Assembly: GCF_009914755.1 (NCBI RefSeq)
Contig: NC_060930.1
DNA length: 64,000 nt
Source: the human T2T-CHM13v2.0 reference genome, Homo sapiens
Reading direction: 5' to 3' (one strand)
Part shown: positions 54,031 through 64,000 of the stretch, piece by piece
Numbering within the stretch: the stretch's first letter is position 1
Layout of the letters: each line of letters starts with the position of its first letter
Made by a program: the position numbers and the translations under genes
Notes under the pieces: model-generated
What the model saw: only the letters and a program-made list of their open reading frames with translations
Told to the model about the DNA's origin: nothing
Database searches by the model: none

Positions 54031-55719
54031 AAATGGGATAGCTAAAGACAGGGCGTAGAATCAAGAAACCCAGGAAAATTCCTAGTAGGTGCCTAGAATG
54101 AGTGGAGGGAGATGGTTGAAAGAGCAGCTGCCGAGGTGGTAGGTCCCTGTCTTATAAGGACAGGTTGCAGGGTACAGGAGAGGCTGAAGAGTCCCAGGGT
54201 GGACTGAGGACAGTGTGGAATGCCTGGGAGGCTGGGGTGTGGAATGCATGAGAAAGTTGCTCCAGGACTCCCTGCTCCCCCAGGGTGCAGATCATTTAAT
54301 GGTCTGCAAATGATTTAACATCTCCCCTAGTCTGGGTTCCCAGGGTAAATTGTCTCCATTCCCACCACAGAGGAGCTGTGCTGTCCAACAGCTAGCAGGC
54401 CGGGAGCCACTGTGCTGGGTGGGGTGCTTTGGCCAGAATGTTGCTGGAAGTGGCACTGTAGCAATTACTGCTTAAGAACTAACTGTAATTATTAATTATG
54501 ACCCTAACAACAGTTGAGGTCCTGCATAATTCTTTCTGTGGGCTGCCTTTTGCCTGCGGAGCCCAATTTCTCAAACGTCTCATTAGTCTTAAAATAGTTT
54601 TTTTCTATATATAATTTTTTCTTCCAAAGTCAGTTGTATATATAAAAAAGGATTATAGTTGTATAAAAACAGGATCTATAGAAATAGATTTATTTTTAGC
54701 CAAGAGGCGGCAATACTCAAGCTTTCCTTCTCAGCGCAGGGCTTATTTCTCTTTCTCTATTTAAATATTCAGGTCTATTACTATACTGAACTGAGATTTG
54801 GTTTATTCTGGTAGAAGTAGCTAAATAAGGGTACACACTTAGCAACTCATAACTTCATATGTTTAAGTGCTGGAATAAGGTGTAAGTTAAAATCGGGCTT
54901 TTTGATTTTCACTGTAGATAGAGTTCAGAAATACTGTCATAGTTAAAAAAAAAACCAAAATGTTTCAGCTCCGGGAGAAAATGAAACTCTGTGATACAAT
55001 AGACGGTGCTTGTGATTTTATTTAACAGTTTAATCTTTGCATACAAACAAAACCACCTGAACAGAAGCTGGTTTCTTAAAAACAAGAGCAGCGAGTATGA
55101 TAATAAATGCCCTGAACACATCTCTGCTCATCCTATGGAATCTCTTTCGGAATTCGCATGTAGCTTTCCCTAATACGGAGCAAGGGGCTTTAAGTCACAC
55201 TGCCATTCCCAACTGCTGTGCCTAAATTGCTTCTAGAAGCACCGAGCCCCTCCGATGCTGATGCAGATTTAGCTTTGGGCTGGGGAGAATGTGGGGAGAA
55301 GTCATTTGCATTAAAAAAACACTAGCTGTCTATTCCCATTAGAAAAAACTCTCGGTGTTTTAGTACAAATTATTTTAAAAGAGCAGATAACTTATGGATG
55401 CAGAAAGGGTAATCCACAAAGATGTATGCAACTTTGTTCAGTTGATGTCCTCAGGGCGAAAACATCAAGGATAACAAGTGTACTAAATACAAACAGACAC
55501 AATCATAAAATATGACACCCATGATTAAGATACCCTTTTCAAGGGTCCTTCGCACTTAGGAGGGAAGCTGCCTTGTTAATATCAGGGCCCGTTATTTACT
55601 ACGATTCAGAGGCAGGTTGAAACAATGATCTCTTCTTTCTTGACTGTATTCTTAAAAGGTTGTGAAATTCTGGGGCTTTAATCAGACTAGCCTAGAATCA
55701 CAGCGCTGGGTCAGAGAGG

Positions 55720-55925
55720 GGATTAGTGTTAAGGGTTATGAGCTCAGTCTTCGGAGCTGGACAGATCTGGTTTGGAATCCCAGCTCTGACACTTAGATAT
55801 CATCTTCTCTGAAGTCTAGGGGTCTTCATCTGCAAATGAGAAATTGAGGTTGTTGAGAGGATTAAACACAACAAAACAAAACCAAAAACCCAGATGTAAA
55901 GTGCTTAGTATAGTGCCTGGCATAG
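55720..55925 (+). mobile_element. MIRb-like SINE
   Basis: TTTGGAATCCCAGCTCTGACACTTA and TGTAAAGTGCTTAGTATAGTGCCTGGCATA. Confidence 0.85.
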
Positions 55926-56184
55926 AAAAAAAAAAGAGTGTGTGTTTCCTTCCTGAGTGCCTGAATACAGAAAAGATGGGAGAATTTTTAAAATGCACTA
56001 TTCACTGATATATGAAGGAAAGAGATTTTTATGGTTTAAGAAAAATTGCACCAAGATCTTGGTAATTTTAGGTAGTAAGAGGAAAATGGAAGCGCATAAC
56101 TGTCTGCGTTTGTGGATGGCACTGATACAATAACTGTTCATAGCCAACACTTAGGTATATCTCTTTCATTTATCTGAGAGTAAG

Positions 56185-57150
56185 TTAACAGTTCTTGAGC
56201 ATTTGCTTGGTGCCAAGTGCCCTTTAAGTGCTTTATATGTGTTGTTTCATTTAATCTTTAAAACATCATCATGAGTAGGCACTAATACTGTTACAGGAGG
56301 TAGCCAGTCAGGCATGAGCAGGGCAGGAGAGGGCTTCCCCGCCCCCCCACCAAAAATGTCAGGCAACCATCAGGTGATGGTCAGGCGGTTGTTAACTGTC
56401 TCTCTAAAATAATAATTGTTCTCAGCCAGCACCAGGGAAAAGGCAGTCTCCCAATAAACACAAACACCTGAAACTGGCGATCAGCAGCTTCCCGATAAGA
56501 TGCCAGGAGTTGGGCGAGTGGGCTCAAGCATGTGCATTAAGAGGCAATATGGCGGCGCTTAACTAGTATATGACCTCCTAGGTACATTTGACTAGTAAGA
56601 GATGAGTACTTCAAGTAAACATGCGTGCAACTCCAGTAAACACACTGCACATGCTCCCCTCACAAGTGCTGAGAGGCCACTGTGATTCTTCCCACCCTTC
56701 CCACCCCAGGGGAAGACTCAGGAGAGAAGGACCCAAGACCCCGGAAGCATGCCAACATGGAAAACTCCAACTCCAAAGGTCAAACCATGCACCTGATCTC
56801 TCATTGCCCACTTGGGCCTCTTCCAAGTGTACTTTATTTCCTTTTGTTTCTGCTCTAAGCTTTTTAATAAACTTTCACTCCTGCTCTAAAACTTAACCTC
56901 AGTCTCTCCTTCTGGCCCTCAGTCGAATTCTTTCTGCTGAGGAGGCAAGAATTGAGATGCTGCAGATTCGTACAGATTCGCAGCCGCGCTAACAATACTA
57001 TCCCCATTCCACGGGGCAAGAAACATAGGAACAAAGAAGCTAAGTATTGATAATTTGTCCAAAGTCACAAAGCTAGTAAGAAGTGGAAACTGTATTTAAA
57101 TTCAGGCACTTATTCCAGAGTATACTGTCTTTTTTTTTTTCTTTCAAATT
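56185..57150 (-). mobile_element. MIR split by MER50 LTR
   Basis: TTGAGCATTTGCTTGGTGCCAAG on the left; TATCCCCATT and TTGTCCAAAGTCACAAAGCTAGTAAG on the right. Confidence 0.8.
56289..56994 (+). mobile_element. MER50 solo LTR (ERV1)
   Basis: TG...CA ends; AGTCAGGCATGAGCAGGGCAGGAGAGGG and CAGCAGCTTCCCGATAAGAT; AATAAA at 56866; 4 bp TSD ATAC at 56285-88 and 56995-98. Confidence 0.9.
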
Positions 57151-57614
57151 TTTCTTCTTTTTTACTTTTTCTTTCAGCTTTCCAAGGTTGAACCGAGTCT
57201 ACTTTCTTAACCACTCTATTGTGTGTTTTATTTATTTTTATATCTCTCACAGCATCATAAATAGTGCTTTGCACCTAGAGGACACTGAATATTTATCCAA
57301 TGATTTTTTTAAAGAATGCAAGCCTTTGCTGTGAACGTGAGGGAGAAGGAAAGGGTTAAAGTGTTCTATCAGATTTTAGAACAATAAAGTCAAGTAGACA
57401 GATGGCATCTTACCAAAGAACAATGGCATAAAACTATTTATGGAGCCCTGTAGGCAGTGAGCAAGTGACTGAACATGGTTTAAGTCCTAAATTTGGAACC
57501 AGAAGAATACCAATAGCAAATGCATGCTGGTTAATTATTTCCCTCTGCACAATACCTACAAAATCACCTAGAACATTAAGACCTGTGTCATCACTAAACT
57601 TTTGTGAAATTATC

Positions 57615-57830
57615 ATGATCTAGTGGAAAGGCCACAGGGTTGGGTCTGACCAGACCTAAATAAAACATCAAATTCCACCTCTTCCCAGCTGTGTGACTTT
57701 GGATACATTATTCAGCATCTTTGAGCCCTAGTATGCCCAATTTGAAAGGAAGGGGGCGTGTAACAAAAATACTAACTCCCAGCTTCCTGACATGAGATAA
57801 AGTATATGAAACTGTTGTGTTAATAATGAA
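57615..57830 (+). mobile_element. MIR fragment
   Basis: TAGTGGAAAG and CAGCTGTGTGACTTTGGA. Confidence 0.65.
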
Positions 57831-59269
57831 ACACTGGAGAAATACACATTCTTAAGTAACATTAGTTTTTACAACAGAAAACCCTCACATATCTACAGGG
57901 TGATGCAATAGACATTTTTTTTTCTTTTCTTTTCTCAGAATGGGTCTTCCTAACTGGCCGGTAGCTCCAGTCTCTGTGGTAATTTAGAGACTGAAGCCCC
58001 TTTCATCTGTGGCTCGTCCACCTCCACAGGTTTGCTGTGGAAGGGGAAGAAGTGTGGAAAACTCCTGTAGGATGTTTCTGTAGACCAGAAAGTGGCTCAG
58101 TCCTATGGCCACCACTACGTACAAGGGATGCTGGGAAATGCCATCTAGGGATGGCGGCAGGCATAAAAGGAAAAGGTTTTGGCCACTGACTGGCAATTCC
58201 AACTCCCAGTTTTTCATCAGGCTGTTGTAAGATTAAATGAGTGAAAGCAGAGGAGATGGCTCTGTTAATCATAAAACACTATGATATTATAGCCAATTCC
58301 TAATGTAGATGCCCAAACATAGGAATATTCCAAACAGAAATGTAAAGCTCTCATCCATTTGTTTTCTTAAATGCCAATTCCAAGGACAGTTTGCCAAGGC
58401 ACATGGTGCCTGGTGATTGTCCCAACAGGTGAGCAGGCTGATGGCAATTCAGTGTGGTCAGGTAGAGTGGTCGTGGCCACACATGACTCCATTAGAGGCC
58501 GTTTGATCGTGTGAAAGGCTTGCAAACTCACAGGACATTGGTCATTGACTACTGTGCAATAGACTCATCAGATAAAAAAAGCTGAATAGGAAATTTGGAA
58601 AGAAAAGCATAGCAAGGGCCAAAAATGATACAGATGGATCTTTGTGAAAGAGCTATCGTGTCCTCTTCCCTTTCTATCTGAATGCACTAACAACTTCTGA
58701 GGATAAGTGAATTTGCCATTCCTCCCTGTGCAATCAAGAAGGATTTCTCAGTGAAGAGCAATTTCATAGATTTTTTATTATAACATGATTTTTTTGTTTC
58801 GGTCATCTTTTAGGAAGTGGATGTGCACTGAACATCCCAATTTTCCAGGAAAGAATTGATAAGTGACATGTATTCATCTGTTTCCATCACTAAATGTTTT
58901 GTATTTTATTTGTAATATATTATTTTTGTTTTAAGGTAAATCCAGATGTATTCAGGGGATACAGAATGATTTTTAATACTTTTTTGGTGGATTCCAATGA
59001 TATATAATGTGTATATTATATAAAGGATTTTCTAACGGATACTCTTTTTAACTCCTTTATTTCTTACCATTCTTTATGTCACATATTATGTGCCATTCTT
59101 TACCTGGTAAAATACCTTTTGTTCAATTATTATACTCTTTGGAGTCAATAGATCTAAATTCTGAAAATAAAGTTAAGCAAAAATGGGTTATCAGGCCTTC
59201 TCTGACTACTTGGTCTAATACAGTGCATCATCTTGACATTCTACTTGGGTTGCCTTATTTTTCTTCTTG

Positions 59270-59425
59270 GCCTAGTATATATTTATGTATTTATTGCTGG
59301 GCTTTACCTACTAAAACATAAGCTCCATGAGGGTAGGGATTTTGGATGTCTTTGTTCCCTGCTGTATGCCTGGGCCATGGAATAGTGCCTGGTACCTAAT
59401 GGATGTTCAGTGATATTGGCTAAAT
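59270..59425 (+). mobile_element. L2a 3' end
   Basis: TAAGCTCCATGAGGGTAGGGATTTTG and GAATAGTGCCTGGTAC. Confidence 0.85.
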
Positions 59426-60133
59426 ACATGCAAACATGAAAATTAGGTCTTGAATATCCTGGATCAATGATCTACTGTGTTAATCTTCCCCTCTATCTCA
59501 GGACTTTATTCCTCTAAAGCAGCACCTGAGAAAAACCGCTTGTCTCTGCCCAGCCACCTCCATTTATGTTTGAGTGAAGCTCATGATGTCTGCATCTCCT
59601 GGCATAGAAGAGGAGCTACTCTCTGGTGTTGCTCCCTAGACCCAGCCTATTTAAGAGCCATGCTGTCTTTCCACATGGCTGGGATAGAATGAGGCACGGG
59701 AAGTTACAGCGACAAGGATGAATTTCCAAGGATGAATAATTCTCACAGGAAAAGAGCACCGTGGTCTTGGGTAGAGAGTGGGGAAAGTTGGGAGAAGGAT
59801 TTAAGGAATGGTCAGTGCTTTACAGTTATTTCAAGTTTTTCCTTTTATTATCAAGAAAGAATAAATAGATTTATAAATACATATATAGATAGTAGAGCAG
59901 GATAAAAACATTCCATTTCTTAAAAGAGTTACTAATAATTTTTTTGGAGAGAGAACTGCCTTTGGGAATGTCTGCTTGGGGCAGGTGAGACTTCGTAGAC
60001 AGGGACAGATGACAAGGATTAAGGAAGAGAGTTCACTGCTTTGAGGGAAGAACTGGGTGAAGAGGAGAGAGAAGGAAAACTCAGTGAGATGGCTGGACTA
60101 GGAGAGTGAGGGCCAGGAAGGCCCCATGGAGGT

Positions 60134-60611
60134 TGTAGCCACCAGCCCTCAAGATGGCCCCGTTTCCTGGTATTCACACCGAGTATTCACACAACATAAC
60201 TCTCTTCCACGTTGTACCAGGGCTAGTTTGTGTGGCCAATTAGAATATGACAGGAATGGCTGTATGTCACTTTCAAGATTAGGTTATAAAAGAGTATGGC
60301 TTCTTCTTGGGATCTCTCTCTCTTTCTGTGAGCAACTATGGAGAAGCTCATGTGTCAAGGAGATGAAGACTCTGGACAACAGCCAATAAGGAGCTGAGTT
60401 CTGTCAGCAATTACCTGAGTGATCTTGCAAGGAACTCCACTGGCGCTGGGTGAGTCTCGAGGTGACTGCAGCCCCATGAAAGCCCCTGAGCCAAAACAAC
60501 CTAGAGGAGCCACTCCTAGATCCCTCAGGTAACACTTTAATACATTTCCAACTCTTTAAAGTTGGTAATGTTGGGGGGTAATTTGTTATGCAGCAATAGC
60601 TAATGAATACA
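60134..60611 (+). mobile_element. MLT1F-like MaLR LTR
   Basis: CAAGATGGCCCC, TGTCACTTTCAAGATTAGGTTATAAAAGA and GGGGTAATTTGTTATGCAGCAATAG. Confidence 0.87.
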
Positions 60612-60696
60612 GTGGTAGAGGAGACAAAGAGCATATTATTCACAGTGACGTCTGTTGTTTTATGGAGGGTTCTGAGTAGAAAATGGACTCTGATCC

Positions 60697-61467
60697 TGTC
60701 TTAGTCCAATCAGGCTGCAGTAACAAAATACCATAGACTTCGTAGTGGATATAGTTTGAATATATGTCCCCACTAAAACTCGTGTTGAAATGTAATCCCT
60801 GATGGTAGGAGGTGATTAGTCATAGGGGCAGATCCCTCATGGCTTGGTGCCATCCTCATGATACTGAGTGAGTTCTTGCAAGATCTGGTCATTTAAAAGT
60901 GTGTAGCCCTTCTCCTTCTCCCCCAACTCTCTCTCTCTTGCTCCTTCTTTGGCCACGTGATATGTTGGCTCCCTCTTTGCCTTCTGCCATGATTGAAGTC
61001 TTCCTGAGGCCTCCCCAGAAGCTGGGCAGATGCCAGCGCCATGCTTCCTGTACAGCCTGCAGAACCATGAGCCAGTTAAACCTCTTTTCTTTACAAATTA
61101 CCTAGTCTTAGGGATTTCTTTATAGCAATGCAAGAATGGCCTAATACAGTAGCTTATAAACAACAGAAATGTATTTCTTACCGTTCTGGAGGCTGAGAAG
61201 TCCAAGATTAAGGTACTGGCAGATTCAATATCTGGAGAAGGCCTATTTTATGGTTCATACATGGCACTTTCTTGCCATGTGCTCACATGGTGGAAGGGAC
61301 GAGGAGTGTCTCTCAGGCCTCTTTTATAAGGGCACTAATCCCATTTACGAAGGTCTTGCCATTATGACCTAACAATCCCATAGTCCCTACCTCCCAATAA
61401 CCTCACCTTGGGGGTTAGGATTTCAACCCATGAATTTCGGGCGAACATAAACATCCAGACCATAGCT
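60697..61467 (-). mobile_element. MLT1A-like LTR split by MSTB
   Basis: TGTCTTAGTCC start and CAGACCATAGC end; 5 bp TSD GATCC at 60692-96 and 61468-72. Confidence 0.88.
60747..61148 (+). mobile_element. MSTB-like MaLR LTR
   Basis: CTTCCTGTACAGCCTGCAGAACCATGAGCCA and end GGCCTAATACA; TSD GTAG(T/C). Confidence 0.9.
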
Positions 61468-61699
61468 GATCCACATCTATCTTTAGACTCTGGGACACAC
61501 TTTGTGCACCTGGGCAGCAAAGAAACCAGGAGGGGGAGACTTGGGTACCTTGAAGGACTTGGGGCTTTGAATTTTCCTCTGAGATGATTTAGATGGACCT
61601 GAGTTGAGCTGAGGATAGTCTTCTTGAAACAGACACAATCACCAAAACTCTGGCTTAAATTGGCAACGTATCACAGTGTAAGGTGTAAGGTGGTAAGTA

Positions 61700-62140
61700 G
61701 GGAGCATCTTTCTTGCAACCAACAGAAAACATGCTCAGACTGACTTATGCACAACAGGGTTTTAATTGCCTGCTATAACTGAAAGGGCCAGAGATGGGTT
61801 GGCTTCAGGAGGGGTTGGATCCAGTGGCTACACAATATCCCCTGGTTTGGCTCCACCTGCCTCTCTGGCCTCCTCAGAGTCAACATCACCCCAAGCCTGG
61901 CTTCTGACATGATCACAAGATGGCTACCAGCCATGTAGGGGGCTGTGCATAGGACGGCAGCCTCCTTGTTCATGTCCAGCCGGCATGGACAGCTTTACTC
62001 TTCTGACCTGCAAAATGAAGTCACATGCTTCACATTGGCAAGACGAGCTGAGGTCATGAGTTCAATTCTGGATCTGTGTTCTCCCGCCTGGCTGGTGGCT
62101 TCTCCCTATCTCCCTGGGCAAGGGGGCTGGGTTTTGCAGG
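61700..62140 (-). mobile_element. Old MLT1 (J/K-like) LTR fragment
   Basis: TTGCAACCAACAGAAAAC, TGGCTTCAGG..TTGGATCCAG and CACAAGATGGCTACCAGC. Confidence 0.6.
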
Positions 62141-62772
62141 TGGATTAGTCCTGGAGCTGAAGGTGGGGTTCATAACGGAGCCATGGTGGAAGGAAGGCTG
62201 GAACTGAGGTCCAGAGAGATTCAGGGGCTTGCCCAAGGCCAAACAGTGAGAAAGGTGAGAACTAGGTCTTGATGCAGAGTCTGTCTGGCCCCCAGCTCCA
62301 CGCTTTCCTCCTCTTGCCACATGGCTGTCACCCACTCAGTGTTCAGAAACAAAAACATATGATCCCCTCCCATGTGTCTGGCACTGTGCTTTTTTCTGTG
62401 TTCATGCATTCATTTTTCACACCAGTCCTGTGCAGTGGATATTGGTATTATTATTCCCATGTTGCTGATGAAGCAGTGGGGTCTCAGGATGTGCAAGCAT
62501 CTCGCAGGAAACTGGCAGAGACCAGAGGAGTCCTCTGAACAGGCAGCTGAGTGGGAATCTCTGTGGGATGCTGTGGGGCCCCTTGCTGAGAGGGGCTCCG
62601 AGCTGTGGGGCGTGGGGTGTCAGGCATGCAGTCAGGTGGCAGGAGCAGCATTCCAGTTCGAATTTTCAAGCATTTTGGAAATTTTGAAAGCCATCCTCCA
62701 GCTCAGAACATTTCTCAGTCTTGATCATCTCCCATTAACCCTTACCATCACTGCTCCAGTGCCCTCCACCCC

Positions 62773-63013
62773 ACACACGCAGAGACACACAGACACACAG
62801 ACACAAAGACACATACACACACACAGATATGCAGACACAGACATGCAGAAACACATAGACACACAGATACACACACACATATACATAGAGGGAAACACAC
62901 ACACAGACACACATACACACAGACACACATAAACAGACATACATACAGACATGCACAGACACACATACAGATTCATATACACACAGACACACGTGCACGT
63001 GTATGCGCACACA
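62773..63013. repeat. Degenerate (CA)n/(CACAGA)n compound repeat
   Basis: About 240 bp of CA-rich units. Confidence 0.95.
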
Positions 63014-63824
63014 CTGTCCTTCCGTCTCTTCAGCTCACGCCAGCCTCCTGATTCCTCACTCACCCAGCCTCTGGTTTCTTTCCAGGGTTTTGTCTCTTGC
63101 CTGGAGTGAACAGCCTTGCAGCTTGTTCCCTGCCCTCCTGCCCCAGAAACAAGCACCCCCTCCGTCTGAACGTTTTTCTGAGCACTTTACCATTAGTGAT
63201 AGTGAGACACATTCTAGAAAGTTCCTGTTTCACAGGGATGGCATGCAGAAAGCCAGCACTTGAGAAGAACATGCAACTTAGCAAGGCTTGCTCATCTTTC
63301 CCCATGATGACGGAGCCCCTGAGGGGCTGAGTGGTGAGAAGAGAAGCGGGGCCTGAGCGCTGCATGGGAGCCTCACACAGGGAGAGGGAGAGGGTCCTCT
63401 GGAGTGCTGTGGCTTTGCCCTTCTCTCTTTTCCTTCTTGTCCCATGGCACTGTCAGGATCCTTCTGGGCTCCCATTAGCTCAAGGATTGAATGAGGCAGG
63501 CGCTGGTGGACGGGAAGACTCCAAGGAGTGAACATTGTGAGGATAAGATGAGAAGATGAAGGAAGCCCACAGGGACAGGACGGGATTTCCCAAGAAACAA
63601 GTCTGTACCTGCCTTGTTTATGTTTTATACACAAAGGATGCTCAGATACAAAGAATATCCTTGTTTTAGCCTGTCTGTCCACATGGCAAATCATTACGCA
63701 CCAACTCGTCACTCTCCGACGCTGCAGTAAACTGCCTGCACTTGCCACCTCTTCGTCTGCGGCCCGGCTCATAAGCCTTCTTCTTGATCACTTGGTTTCT
63801 TGCCTACTGTCGGGTGGAAGGAGG

Positions 63825-63985
63825 CCACAGACCCTGGAATCAGGAGAACTTGCTGTAGTTGTCAGCTCTCCTGCTTAAGGAAGGCACTTTACCTCCCAGG
63901 GCCTCCGTTTCCACTTTTGTAAAACTAGGATAATGCTGTTGCCTAGTTGTGTTGAAAATGAAAGGGGGTGACATGTATAAAATAA
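63825..63985 (+). mobile_element. MIR fragment
   Basis: CCTGGAATCAGGAGAAC and GGGCCTCCGTTTCCACTTTTGTAAAA. Confidence 0.7.
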
Positions 63986-64000
63986 ATACTGGAGAGTGGA

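Noticed and set aside
62372-63156. 186 aa and 143 aa ORFs
   Set aside because: Extended by the stop-free CA repeat; no domain similarity

Overview
Primate (human-like) non-coding DNA, either intergenic or deep intronic. I can support no protein-coding gene, RNA gene or CpG island. The ORF track is explained by Alus, LTRs, microsatellites and chance. Much of the window is recognisable interspersed repeat: 13 dimeric Alus (J, S, Y) and 2 monomers, old L1 and L2 fragments, two CR1/L3 relics, MIRs, MaLR LTRs (MLT1, MST), solo MER11 (ERVK) and MER50 (ERV1) LTRs, and DNA transposons (MER96B, MER2, MER91, MER20, MER5). Many have visible target-site duplications (TSDs). Main observations beyond routine annotation: (1) a ~120-140 bp inverted repeat, ~89% identical and not from a repeat I recognise, flanking an 852 bp spacer (36.85-37.97 kb); (2) a degraded LINE ORF2 relic at 41.9-43.5 kb whose motifs look like fish/amphibian-type L1 rather than mammalian L1; (3) a 38 bp segment copied from unique DNA 1.6 kb away into an Alu, plus smaller template-switch scars; (4) a triple-nested LTR with intact TSDs; (5) two CTCF-like motifs and several repeat-free blocks that may be enhancers. 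Repeat subfamily names come from recalled consensus sequences and were not computed. Alignments were done by hand.
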